The notes below the pieces were generated by a model that had not been told where the DNA came from, did no database searches, and saw only the letters and a list, made by a program, of their open reading frames with translations. A DNA stretch of 60,280 nt, from assembly GCA_038209745.1 (NCBI GenBank), contig JBBQXJ010000020.1:1-60280 (forward strand), read 5' to 3'. Positions 47,003-56,463 of the stretch are shown here, in pieces (positions within the stretch are counted from its first letter, which is position 1; every line of letters starts with the position of its first letter). The stretch is from Verrucomicrobiota bacterium (GTDB lineage Bacteria > Verrucomicrobiota > Verrucomicrobiia > Limisphaerales > CANJSG01). The position numbers and the translations under genes are program-made.

Positions 47003-48892
47003 GTGAAACCGCAACACCAGTCCACCCAGCGCATCGCGGTTTTCTCCGCGCTGATGATCGGTGGCCTGGTGCTCCTGATGGGACGCCTCGTCTATCTCCA
47101 GGTCTTCCGTCATGAGCCTTTGGCCGAGCGGGCCGAGTCGCAGGTCCGCCGGGTCGTGCAGCGCCAACCGATGCGCGGAGAAATCCGCGATATCCGAGGC
47201 AATCCCATCGCCATCTCCCTGCCGGCCAAAACCGTCGCGGTTGATCCTGTCGCCCTCAACGGCCGGCACCTGGAGGTGGCGAAGATCCTTGCTCCCCTTC
47301 TGCGGATCGACGAACCAGCCCTCGCCGAAAAGCTCACGCCCCGTATCCTGAAGACTGTCGATGGGACAAATTACTACGACCTCTACGTCGTGCTGAAACG
47401 CAAGGTGCCGCTCGACGAGTGCCAGAAGATTTCAGAGGCGATGACGGCGCTCGCCCCCATCTACAGCCATGCCGAGCTCCTCGCGATGCCGCGCAAGACC
47501 CGGAACAAGTTGAATGGCGAATACCAGCAGCTGCGTTTCCGGTCCCTCATCTTCGACGCCGACCAGATCCGGCAGTATCCGGGCAAGAGCCTTGCCTCCC
47601 AGCTCATCGGAGCCACCGCCGCCAATCGGGAGCTGACGGGTCTGATGGGATTGGAACTCCTCTTCAACACCCGATTGCTCGGCGTCTCCGGTTGGCTCCG
47701 GTCCGAACACGACAGCCATCGCCGCGAGCTGAGCCAATATCGCGACCAGGAAGTGGAGGCCCGCCCTGGTGACAACCTGGTCCTGACCATCGATTCCGGC
47801 GTCCAATACATTCTCGAAACCGAGATGGCCAAGCAGATGGTCGAGGTGAAGGCCAAGAGCATCACCGGCATCGTGATCCGCCCCAAGACCGGCGAGATCC
47901 TCGCGATGGCGACGCATCCCACCTTCGATCCGAACGACCTCGACCACAGCTCCCGGGATGCGCTGCGGCCCCGCGCGATCACCGACCAGTATGAACCCGG
48001 CTCAACCTTCAAGGCCGTGACGGTGTCCGCCGCCTTGAACGAGCACAAGGTCGGCCTCGAGGACAAGATCTTCTGTGAGAACGGTGCGTTCACCTACCAC
48101 GGACGCACCCTCCACGACTCGCACGGGCACGCCTCGTTGACGGTCGAGGAGATCATCGAAAAATCCTCCAACATCGGCGCCGCCAAGATCGGTCTCATGC
48201 TCGGGGACGATCTGCTTCTGAAGTATGTCGACTCCTTCGGCTTTGGAAACCGGACCGGAATCACCTTTCCGGCCGAGGCCTCCGGCACCGTCAACCGTCC
48301 GGGCAGCCGCTATTGGAGCGGGCTCAGCATCGTCCAGATTCCCATGGGGCACGGCGTGGCGGTGACTCCCCTGCAGATGGCGATGGCGATGGGGGCGATC
48401 GCCAATGGGGGCAACCTCATGCAGCCGATCCTCGTGGACCGCATCGAGGACGAAAAGGGCGAGGTCATCGTTCGCACTCCACGACGCGTCGTCCGGCAGG
48501 TGATCGCCCCGGAGACCGCCCTTCAGATGATCCAGGCGCTGAAGACCCCGCTATTGGCGGGTGGCACGGCCAAGGGGGCGCGGGTGGACGGTTTCACGGT
48601 GGCCGGCAAGACCGGCACCGCGCAGAAGATCAAAATCGGCGGCGGCTATTCGTCCACCGCCTTCGTTTCGTCGTTCATCGGCTTCCTGCCGGCGGACGAT
48701 CCGGAACTGCTCATCGCCATCGTCGTCGACGAGCCCGCGTTCGATCCGGTGCACAAGTTCCATCAGGGCGGCAAGGCCGCGGCGCCCGTCTTCAAGGCCG
48801 TGGCTGAACGGGCCGCGAACTATCTCAACATCAAACCCGACCTGCAGACCAACAACCTGATCTCGCCGGTCGTCGCCATCGGCAACAACTGA
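47003..48892 (+). CDS. ftsI: Class B penicillin-binding protein (FtsI/PBP3)
   Basis: RGEIRDIRG, RQYP, GLE, EPGSTFK (SxxK), KSSN (SxN), AGKTGTAQK. Confidence 0.93.
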   Translation: MKPQHQSTQRIAVFSALMIGGLVLLMGRLVYLQVFRHEPLAERAESQVRRVVQRQPMRGEIRDIRGNPIAISLPAKTVAVDPVALNGRHLEVAKILAPLLRIDEPALAEKLTPRILKTVDGTNYYDLYVVLKRKVPLDECQKISEAMTALAPIYSHAELLAMPRKTRNKLNGEYQQLRFRSLIFDADQIRQYPGKSLASQLIGATAANRELTGLMGLELLFNTRLLGVSGWLRSEHDSHRRELSQYRDQEVEARPGDNLVLTIDSGVQYILETEMAKQMVEVKAKSITGIVIRPKTGEILAMATHPTFDPNDLDHSSRDALRPRAITDQYEPGSTFKAVTVSAALNEHKVGLEDKIFCENGAFTYHGRTLHDSHGHASLTVEEIIEKSSNIGAAKIGLMLGDDLLLKYVDSFGFGNRTGITFPAEASGTVNRPGSRYWSGLSIVQIPMGHGVAVTPLQMAMAMGAIANGGNLMQPILVDRIEDEKGEVIVRTPRRVVRQVIAPETALQMIQALKTPLLAGGTAKGARVDGFTVAGKTGTAQKIKIGGGYSSTAFVSSFIGFLPADDPELLIAIVVDEPAFDPVHKFHQGGKAAAPVFKAVAERAANYLNIKPDLQTNNLISPVVAIGNN

Positions 48893-48893
48893 C

Positions 48894-50120
48894 ATGTTGC
48901 TCCGCCACATCATCACCGCGCTCTCGCCGACCTCGATCCAAGGTTCGTTGAGCCAGACGATCACCGCTCTGGCGACGGACACCCGCCGCGTCGTCCCGGG
49001 GTCCCTCTTCATCGCGACCAATCTCGATACCGAGGCCGGCTTCGAGCGGGCCAACGAGGCGGTGAACCGCGGCGCCTCGGCCGTGGTGTGCCGGGATGGA
49101 GACTTCGTGACCGCCAGAGTGACCCGGATCCGGGTGGCCGATCCGCGCGAGGCGGTGGCGAGGGCGGCGGCGGCGTTCTATTCCCACCCGGCCGGGAAGC
49201 TGGAAATCGTCCGGTTGAAGTCCGGATCCGACACGGCCGTCTCAGCTTTCCAGGCCCGCCAGTTGCTGGAGCGCGCGGGTCAAAAGGTAGGGTTGATCAG
49301 CTCGCTCGGCTGCTGGGTCGGCGATCGGTTCGTGCCCCCGCCGCCGAGCGGTTTCGACGGCATCGAGGTGCAGCGGCTTTTGGCCGACATGGTCAAGGCA
49401 GGCTGCCGCGTTTGCGTGGTGGAAGGACGGATCGCTTCGCCCGTGATGATCTTCGGTTCCTTTGCCGCGCGTTGGCGCGAAGTCGACAGTCTGGCCGAAG
49501 CCGCGGGCGAGCCGGTCGGTGCGACCCCTTTGCCCGGGGGCTGCGATGCTCCGAAGCGGCGTGTCTCCCCTTCGGCGGTTCCCGGCTGCGCGGAGCGGAT
49601 CCAGTTGGGCCAGGACTTCTCGGTGGTGGTGGACCGGAGCGCGACCTCGGCCCGCCTGGCGGCCGTGTTGAACATCATGCGCCAACAGGCGGAGGGGCGC
49701 CTGTTCCTCGTTTTCGGTGCCAAGGCATGCCACGCGCCCGAAATGCGGCATGCGTTCGGACTGGTTGCCGCCAAGCTGGCCGACGCGGTCTGGATCACGA
49801 CCGACGATCCGGAAAAGGTGCGGCCGGAGTTTCTTGCGGCCGACCTGGGGTCTGTCTGGAAGGCTGTCAGAGAGGATGGACTGACCTTCATTTCCGATCG
49901 GGCGGCTGCGATCCATGCGGCGTTGGGCGAGTCTCGGGCCGGAGACGCGGTGCTCATTGCCGGCAAGGGTGCGGACACGGTCCAGCGCCTCGGCGACACC
50001 ATCGTGCCGTTCGACGATCGCGGATGCGTGCGTCTGTTCCTTGAGCGGGAACAGGACCGCAACAACTGGATGCTGGATCGATTGCTGCCGACCGGTTCCG
50101 CAGAAATGGCGCGAGCCTGA
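48894..50120 (+). CDS. murE: Degenerate MurE-like protein (probable pseudoenzyme)
   Basis: MurE position and scaffold (DTRRV.PGSLF.A, VPG..E, LFLVFG, DR..AI, VLIAGKG, FDDR), but P-loop, EVSSH, DHLD, DYAH and DNPR are lost and there is an internal deletion. Confidence 0.75.
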   Translation: MLLRHIITALSPTSIQGSLSQTITALATDTRRVVPGSLFIATNLDTEAGFERANEAVNRGASAVVCRDGDFVTARVTRIRVADPREAVARAAAAFYSHPAGKLEIVRLKSGSDTAVSAFQARQLLERAGQKVGLISSLGCWVGDRFVPPPPSGFDGIEVQRLLADMVKAGCRVCVVEGRIASPVMIFGSFAARWREVDSLAEAAGEPVGATPLPGGCDAPKRRVSPSAVPGCAERIQLGQDFSVVVDRSATSARLAAVLNIMRQQAEGRLFLVFGAKACHAPEMRHAFGLVAAKLADAVWITTDDPEKVRPEFLAADLGSVWKAVREDGLTFISDRAAAIHAALGESRAGDAVLIAGKGADTVQRLGDTIVPFDDRGCVRLFLEREQDRNNWMLDRLLPTGSAEMARA

Positions 50121-50124
50121 ATCC

Positions 50125-51531
50125 ATGGAATTGTTTTCTCTCCAATCCATCGCCAAAGCCTGTTCCGGCCGCCTCGTGGGTGGTCCGGGCAGGCTGACCG
50201 TGGAACGGGTCTGCACCGATTCGCGGGCGGTGCGGAAGGGGGATCTCTTTGTGGCGCTCAAAGGAGACCGATTCGACGGACACGAATACCTGGAGACGGC
50301 GGCGGAACTCGGAGCCGCAGCCGTGTTGGCGGAAGAGCGGGCGTCGGCAAGTTTTCCAAAAAACTGCCCGATTGTCGCCGTGGCCGACACCCGGCGCGCG
50401 CTGGCCGATCTTGCGCGGGACCACCGGAAGAAATTCTCCATTCCTGTCGTCGCGGTCTGCGGTTCCAACGGGAAGACCAGCACCAAGGAATTGATCGCCT
50501 CGGTGTTGCGGGAGGTCGGCCCGGTGTTGGCCAGCGAAGCCAGCTTCAACAACGACATCGGTGTTCCACTGACGCTGCTACGGCTCACGCCCGAACACAC
50601 GGTCGCGGTGGTCGAGGCGGGCACCAACCACCCGGGCGAACTTGCACCATTGTTGGACCTGGTGCGTCCCAGATTTGGCGTCTTGACCAGCATCGGCCGC
50701 GAGCATCTGGAGTTTTTCCACGACCTCGAAGGCGTGGTCGAGGAGGAGGGGGCCATCGCCGAGGTGTTGCCCGCTGACGGACGTTTGATCGTCAACGCGC
50801 AGACCCCGGGACTGGGCGAGATTCTTGTGCGGACCCACGCGCCCGTGGTGATGGTAGGAATCGACGGACGGTTTGATTTTTCGGCTAGCCACGTGGAGGT
50901 CTCGGAGGCGGGAACCCGCTTCCGATTGAGTTGCCGTCGACCCGAGCTGGACGGGGACTACGCGGTCCAGCTCCTCGGTCGGCACCATGTGGCCAACGCC
51001 TTGCTTGCAGTGGCCGTAGGTGCCGAACTGGGGCTGAACCGGGAACAAATTGCCCGTGGGCTGGCGGTCTGTGCACCGGCGAAGATGCGGATGCAATGGA
51101 ATGACGTGGCCGGGGTGCGGGTGCTGAACGACGCCTACAACGCGAATGCGGACTCGATGATCGCCGCTTTGCGGACACTGGCGGACCTGCCCGCAGGCGG
51201 GCGCCGCGTGGCCGTGCTTGGCGAGATGGGCGAACTCGGCGACCACACCGTCGCAGCCCATGAGGAGGTCGGTCGTCGCGCCGCCAATGCGGGGCTGGAT
51301 TGGCTCTTGGCCGTCGGGCAAAACGCCGGGCTCACGGTGGCGGCGGCGAAGCGAGAGGGATTTCGGAAGCGGTTGGACGCGGTCGCGGACATGGGTGCCG
51401 CGTCGTCGCTCCTGGGCAGGGAACTGAAGCCGGGAGACGTCGTGCTCTTGAAAGCATCTCGCGCGGCGCAACTTGAAAGGGTCTTGCAGGGGCTGCTGGA
51501 GCGGTCTGTCAAGACGGGGACAACGGCATGA
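50125..51531 (+). CDS. murF: UDP-MurNAc-tripeptide--D-Ala-D-Ala ligase
   Basis: TDSR, GDRFDGH, CGSNGKTSTKE, NNDIGVP.TL, EAGTNHPGE, NDAYNAN..SM, LKASR. Confidence 0.95.
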   Translation: MELFSLQSIAKACSGRLVGGPGRLTVERVCTDSRAVRKGDLFVALKGDRFDGHEYLETAAELGAAAVLAEERASASFPKNCPIVAVADTRRALADLARDHRKKFSIPVVAVCGSNGKTSTKELIASVLREVGPVLASEASFNNDIGVPLTLLRLTPEHTVAVVEAGTNHPGELAPLLDLVRPRFGVLTSIGREHLEFFHDLEGVVEEEGAIAEVLPADGRLIVNAQTPGLGEILVRTHAPVVMVGIDGRFDFSASHVEVSEAGTRFRLSCRRPELDGDYAVQLLGRHHVANALLAVAVGAELGLNREQIARGLAVCAPAKMRMQWNDVAGVRVLNDAYNANADSMIAALRTLADLPAGGRRVAVLGEMGELGDHTVAAHEEVGRRAANAGLDWLLAVGQNAGLTVAAAKREGFRKRLDAVADMGAASSLLGRELKPGDVVLLKASRAAQLERVLQGLLERSVKTGTTA

Positions 51532-51707
51532 AGGCTCACGAAAGGAAGATGGACGGAATGCAACTGCGGTTGGCCGGGCCGGGGTTGATCGCGCTCCTGG
51601 GGTCGGAGGACGGGCGCGCCTTGGCGCAGGTCAAGCGCCGGCTGGCGTGGTTGCGCGGCGGTTCCAGGGATCTGTTCCCGAAGTGCGTCGGACCAAGACA
51701 CGACTGA
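51528..51707 (+). CDS. Putative small protein (59 aa) coupled between murF and mraY
   Basis: ATG overlaps the murF stop (ATGA) and the stop lies 3 bp before the mraY ATG; MKAHERKMDGMQLRLAGPGLIALLG...VGPRHD. Confidence 0.4.
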   Translation: MKAHERKMDGMQLRLAGPGLIALLGSEDGRALAQVKRRLAWLRGGSRDLFPKCVGPRHD

Positions 51708-51710
51708 CGA

Positions 51711-52859
51711 ATGCTCTACTACCTGAGCCAGGCGATCATGGAGGCCGCGAAAGGCACGGAGTGGGAGTCCTCCGTGAGCTTTCTGCGGCTCTTCAACTAT
51801 ATCACCTTCCGGGCGGGCGCGGCCATGTTGACGGCCCTCGCGTTGAGCTGGTGGCTGGGGCCGTATTTCATCGCTTGGCTGAAGGAGCTGAAGTTTGGCC
51901 AGGATTACGCCGACAAGGCCGAGGAAGGTGGCGACATCAAGGCCCGCATCCTCAGCAAGAAAGGCACTCCCACCATGGGCGGCGTGATGATCGTGCTGAT
52001 CCTGGATCTCTCCGCGTTGCTCTGGACGCAATGGAACACGCAGATGCAGCTGACGATGCTGCTGGTGCTGGTCCTGGCCGGGCTGGGTTTCTACGACGAC
52101 TACGCGAAGATCACCAAGCAGGACAACAAGGGCGCAAAGTCGCACGTGAAACTTTGGGTGCAGGTCATCCTGGCCGGATTTGTCGCGTTCTATCTTTGGC
52201 AGGTGAAGCCGGACCTGGTGTCCGAAGTGATCGTGCCGTTCCACAAATACCCGGTGCTGACGGGGACGGCAGGGCTCATCGGCGGGGTGATGGTGATCCT
52301 GTTGACGATCGTCGGCAGCTCCAACGCCGTGAACCTGACGGATGGGTTGGACGGGCTCGCCATTGGATGCACCATCATCGTGTCCGGGGTGTTCCTTGTC
52401 CTCACCTACATCGCCGGCAACGCGAAGATGGCGGAATACCTACAGGTGCCCCACGTGGTCGGGTCCGGTGAACTTTCGGTTTTTTGTGCCGCCATGGTGG
52501 GTGCGGGACTTGGATTCATGTGGTACAACTGCCATCCTGCGAAACTGTTCATGGGTGACACCGGCTCGCTCGCGCTCGGGGGGATCCTCGGGATCATCGC
52601 GGTGCTGATCCACCAGCCGTTCGTGCTGATGATCGCCGGCGGGGTTTTCGTCATGGAAGCCGTGTCGGTGATGCTCCAGACCTCGTGGTTTCGCTGGACG
52701 CGCCGGCGGACGGGGACGGGCCGGAGGCTCTTCCTGATGGCGCCGATCCACCATCATTTTGAAAAAAAGGGCTGGTATGAATCGCAGGTCGTGACGCGGT
52801 TCTACATTCTCTGCGTGGTTTGCGCCGTCGTGGCGCTGGGAAGCTTGAAGATTCGTTGA
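51711..52859 (+). CDS. mraY: Phospho-N-acetylmuramoyl-pentapeptide transferase
   Basis: KKGTPTMGG, GFYDDY.K, NAVNLTDGLDGLA, FMGDTGSLALG, MAPIHHHFE. Confidence 0.97.
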   Translation: MLYYLSQAIMEAAKGTEWESSVSFLRLFNYITFRAGAAMLTALALSWWLGPYFIAWLKELKFGQDYADKAEEGGDIKARILSKKGTPTMGGVMIVLILDLSALLWTQWNTQMQLTMLLVLVLAGLGFYDDYAKITKQDNKGAKSHVKLWVQVILAGFVAFYLWQVKPDLVSEVIVPFHKYPVLTGTAGLIGGVMVILLTIVGSSNAVNLTDGLDGLAIGCTIIVSGVFLVLTYIAGNAKMAEYLQVPHVVGSGELSVFCAAMVGAGLGFMWYNCHPAKLFMGDTGSLALGGILGIIAVLIHQPFVLMIAGGVFVMEAVSVMLQTSWFRWTRRRTGTGRRLFLMAPIHHHFEKKGWYESQVVTRFYILCVVCAVVALGSLKIR

Positions 52860-52860
52860 A

Positions 52861-54309
52861 ATGGCCTCGCTGAAAGACAAACGGGTGCTGGTGATCGGGC
52901 TGCATGAAGCGGGCCGAGCCGTGGTGCGCCTGCTGCTGGCGAACGGCGCGGGCGTAGAGGGCGTGGACGGCCATGATGCCGTGGAGTCCCGCGAAGCGTC
53001 GGTGCCGCTGCAGAAGAAGGGGGCCCGGCTCCACTTTGGTGCAACCCGATGCCCGGACGGACCGTTCCACTTCGTTGTCGTCTGTCCTGAAGTCAAGGGC
53101 GAGGCGGCTTTTGTCGCGGCGGCCGAGGCGAAGGGGTGGCCCGTGATCAGCGAGCTGGAGTTCGCCTACGAACAGATGTTCTGCCTGAACATCGCCGTCA
53201 CCGGATCCAACGGGAAGTCCACCACGGCTCGGCTCGTGGCCAAAATCCTCGGAGACGGCGGGCGTCTGACCCGCGTCGTCGGAGGCCCTGAAGCGCCCCT
53301 TTGCGAAGTCGTCGGAGAAACGCGCGATCTCGATTACCTGACCGTGGAGGCTCTCGCGCCGCAGTTGGAACGGACCGTCTATTTCAGACCCTCCGTCGCG
53401 GTGCTGACGAATATTGTGCCGGACCATCTGGACCGTTACGCCAGCCTCCCGGACTACGTGCGGGCCATGGCCCAGATCTTCGCACGGCAGCAGTCGTTCG
53501 ACTGGGCGATCGTCCAAAGCGAGGCGCTCGCGCACTTGAGAACGCTCGGTCTCCCTGTTCCCGGCAAGGTCATCACCTTCAGTGCCAGGACCCAGTTGGC
53601 GGATCTTTTCCTCGACCGCTCCCTGATCGTCAGCCGGATCGAAGGCTGGGAAGGACCGCTTTTCGACATGGATCGCTCGAAACTGCGCGGTCCCCACAAC
53701 GCCGAAAACATCATGGCGGCCTTGGCGGTGGGGCGGGTGCTGCGGATGCCGATCAAGGAAATGGCGGCGGCTCTGGAAGCGTATGAGCCAGCGCCGCACC
53801 GGTTTGAGCTGGTGGCCGAGGTGGACGGTGTTCGTTATATCAATGACTCCCGGGCCACGAATCTCCAGGCTTTGACCTGCGCGATCGAGTCCGTGCCGGG
53901 TGGATCCGGCGGGCAGCCAAACGTCTGGCTGATTGCCGGCGGGCGGGACAAGGGTCTCCCGTTCCACGACGCGGGGCCGCTGATTTCCAAGCGGGTGAAG
54001 GGTGCTTTTTTGCTGGGTGAAGCTCGCGAAAAGCTTCGTGCGGCATGGAGTCTGTTTACACCTTGCAGCACCATGGACACGCTGTTAGAAGCCGTTGGGC
54101 AAGCGGCACGCAGCGCCGTTCCGGGCGATGTGGTGCTCCTTTCACCGGCCTGTTCGAGCTTCGACCAGTTCCAGAACTACCAGCAACGGGGCGACGTGTT
54201 TCGTCGGGCGGTGACCGCCCTGACGCCATCGCCCGGTGGCCACCCGGCGATGGTGGGCCCAGACAATCCGAAATTCGCCACCAGTTTAACCACCGACACC
54301 GGGGCTTGA
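52861..54309 (+). CDS. murD: MurD-like ligase with divergent UDP-MurNAc-L-Ala-binding motifs
   Basis: VTGSNGKSTT, PDHLDRY, HNAEN, HRFE, NDSRATN, GG.DKG, LLSPACSSFDQF.NY..RG. Confidence 0.88.
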   Translation: MASLKDKRVLVIGLHEAGRAVVRLLLANGAGVEGVDGHDAVESREASVPLQKKGARLHFGATRCPDGPFHFVVVCPEVKGEAAFVAAAEAKGWPVISELEFAYEQMFCLNIAVTGSNGKSTTARLVAKILGDGGRLTRVVGGPEAPLCEVVGETRDLDYLTVEALAPQLERTVYFRPSVAVLTNIVPDHLDRYASLPDYVRAMAQIFARQQSFDWAIVQSEALAHLRTLGLPVPGKVITFSARTQLADLFLDRSLIVSRIEGWEGPLFDMDRSKLRGPHNAENIMAALAVGRVLRMPIKEMAAALEAYEPAPHRFELVAEVDGVRYINDSRATNLQALTCAIESVPGGSGGQPNVWLIAGGRDKGLPFHDAGPLISKRVKGAFLLGEAREKLRAAWSLFTPCSTMDTLLEAVGQAARSAVPGDVVLLSPACSSFDQFQNYQQRGDVFRRAVTALTPSPGGHPAMVGPDNPKFATSLTTDTGA

Positions 54310-54367
54310 GGCAACCTGGACGCCGGAGACAAACCACCTCACCGACCGCGACAAAACAGCAAACGCC

Positions 54368-55300
54368 ATGAGCACACCGAGCCCCCTTGTTCCCCAGGGA
54401 TCGATCCAGGACGCGCCGAAGGGCCGTCGAAACCTCCCCGTCCTCGTCTTCTCCGTCATCGGCTTCCACGTCGCCGTCCTCGGCGTCGCGCTGATGATCG
54501 GGTGCAAGCCGGAGACGACCAAGACCGCCGATCCATTGGCCCAATTCTCCGAGACGAACGCGGCTGCGCCCCTCGTCACCGACACCTCGGCGACCAAAGG
54601 CAACGCGGCCCCGATCACGAATCCCTACGAACTTCCGCCGGCCCCGATGCCGGCCCCGGGAACTGCGCTCGGTGGAACGCCTGCGCCGGCCCCCGGCTAT
54701 GGAACTGTCCCGCCTCCGATCGGCGCAACTCCTGTTCCTGCTCCGACGCCGACGCCGACGCCGACGCCTGGAGGCTATGGTGCTCCCGGATCTTTCGTCG
54801 ATCCCCTCACGCCGGCCGTTGAACCGGCTTCGTCCTCGACAACCGAGCACAAGGTCAAGAGCGGCGACACGTTCGGCAAGATGGCCAAGGAGTATGGCGT
54901 GTCTTCCAAAGCGATCATTTCCGCCAATCCAAATCTCGACCCCCGTCGGTTGAAGGTCGGTCAGAGCGTCCTCATTCCGGCCCCCTCGAAGGCTACGGGG
55001 GCTCCGTCCGCTCCGTCCGCCTCGGCTCGTTCCGCTGGCTCCGCCACGACTGGAACCTACGTGGTCAAGTCGGGTGACAGCCTGACCCGGATCGCCGCGA
55101 AGCACGGAACTTCCGTCAAAGCCCTCAAGAGCCTCAATGGACTCAAAACCGACCGTGTCAACGTCGGCCAGAAGCTGAAAGTGCCGGTGAAGAGCGCTCC
55201 CGAGCCGGCCCCGGCTTCGGCCCCGGCCCCGGAGCTTCCGATCAGTCCTTCGTTCGGAACTTCTCCATCGACCGTCCCTGTGCCACAGCCGGTCCGTTGA
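54368..55300 (+). CDS. Membrane-anchored protein with two LysM domains and a Pro/Thr-rich linker
   Basis: TM/lipobox-like LMIGC; HKVKSGDTF.KMAK...LKVGQ and YVVKSGDSL.RIA...VGQKLKVP; PTPTPTP linker. Confidence 0.88.
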   Translation: MSTPSPLVPQGSIQDAPKGRRNLPVLVFSVIGFHVAVLGVALMIGCKPETTKTADPLAQFSETNAAAPLVTDTSATKGNAAPITNPYELPPAPMPAPGTALGGTPAPAPGYGTVPPPIGATPVPAPTPTPTPTPGGYGAPGSFVDPLTPAVEPASSSTTEHKVKSGDTFGKMAKEYGVSSKAIISANPNLDPRRLKVGQSVLIPAPSKATGAPSAPSASARSAGSATTGTYVVKSGDSLTRIAAKHGTSVKALKSLNGLKTDRVNVGQKLKVPVKSAPEPAPASAPAPELPISPSFGTSPSTVPVPQPVR

Positions 55301-56463
55301 TCGTCCGCCCGAATTCGTCGACCCCTGCCGCCATGCGCCTTCCCATCACCATTCTGGTGTTCTGCGTGGGAGCGCTCTTGGCGCTGGGGTTGACGATTCT
55401 CTTCAGCGCCGAGCTCGGGGACACGGCGCAGTATTTCAGGAACCAGCTTCTCTGGTGCTGCATTGCTCTGCCAGCGGCATTGGTCGCCGCCGCCGTGCCC
55501 TACCAGCAGCTTCGCCGCTGGTGGTGGTTGGTGCTGCTGCTCTCCGTCGCGCTGCTGGTCCTCGTCTTTCTCAAGGGCAAATCGATCAACGGCGCCCGCC
55601 GTTGGCTCGGCCCGAAAGGGGGTCCCTATCTCCAACCTTCCGAGTTCGCCAAGATCGCTCTCATCATCGCGCTCGCCTGGTATGGGGAACGGTTCCGCGA
55701 CCGGATGCGGACCTTTCTGCACGGGGTATTGATCCCCGGAGCGGGAGTCGGCCTGGTGCTGGGACTCGTCTTCCTTGAACCCGACGTCGGCACCACCTTG
55801 TTGATGGCGTGCGTGGCCGCGACGTTGCTTCTTACCGCAGGAGCCCGTCTTTCCTTTTTCCTGCCTCCCGTTGTGGTCGGGCTCGTCGGCGTCGGGCTTT
55901 TCATCGCCCGCGACCCCATGCGCTCGGACCGCATCCACTCGTGGCTCAACCTCGAAGAGACGCGGCTGAACGTCGGCCACCAGGCTTTTCAGGCGCAGGT
56001 CGCCATCGGTGCGGGCGGCATCACGGGTCGAGGACTGGGCGAAGGTCGGCAGAAGCTTGGCTGGGTGCCGGAGCATCATACCGACTTCATTTTCTCCGTC
56101 GTCGCGGAGGAGTTGGGATTGGTCGGAGGGGGGCTGGTTCTTCTGGCCTACATCGGCATCATCATCACCGGGACGTGGATCGCCCTGAACGCGGCCGACG
56201 TGTTCGGATCACTGATCGCGATGGGAGTGACCACGCTGATCGGCGTCCAGACGTTCATCAACGTGGGGGTCGTCACCGGCACGCTTCCAAACAAGGGGTT
56301 GGCGTTGCCGTTCATGAGCTATGGCGGCTCCAGCCTGCTCTTCATGCTGACGGCCGTGGGGCTTTTGCTGAACGTGGCCCGGGAAGCGCGGTCGTCGGGA
56401 CGGCGACACCCGAACACCGGTTCAAACCCCTTTTCCGACGAGGCTCTTTCCGAAGCTGTCTGA
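55297..56463 (+). CDS. ftsW: SEDS peptidoglycan glycosyltransferase FtsW
   Basis: NGARRWL, QPSEFAK, EPDVGT, G.GLG.G.QK...PEHHTDFIF, PNKG..LPFMSYGGSS; alternative ATG at 55333. Confidence 0.95.
   Translation: MIVRPNSSTPAAMRLPITILVFCVGALLALGLTILFSAELGDTAQYFRNQLLWCCIALPAALVAAAVPYQQLRRWWWLVLLLSVALLVLVFLKGKSINGARRWLGPKGGPYLQPSEFAKIALIIALAWYGERFRDRMRTFLHGVLIPGAGVGLVLGLVFLEPDVGTTLLMACVAATLLLTAGARLSFFLPPVVVGLVGVGLFIARDPMRSDRIHSWLNLEETRLNVGHQAFQAQVAIGAGGITGRGLGEGRQKLGWVPEHHTDFIFSVVAEELGLVGGGLVLLAYIGIIITGTWIALNAADVFGSLIAMGVTTLIGVQTFINVGVVTGTLPNKGLALPFMSYGGSSLLFMLTAVGLLLNVAREARSSGRRHPNTGSNPFSDEALSEAV

Noticed and set aside
54743..54769. CCGACG hexamer tandem repeat
   Set aside because: Encodes the PTPTPTP linker of the LysM protein; ordinary
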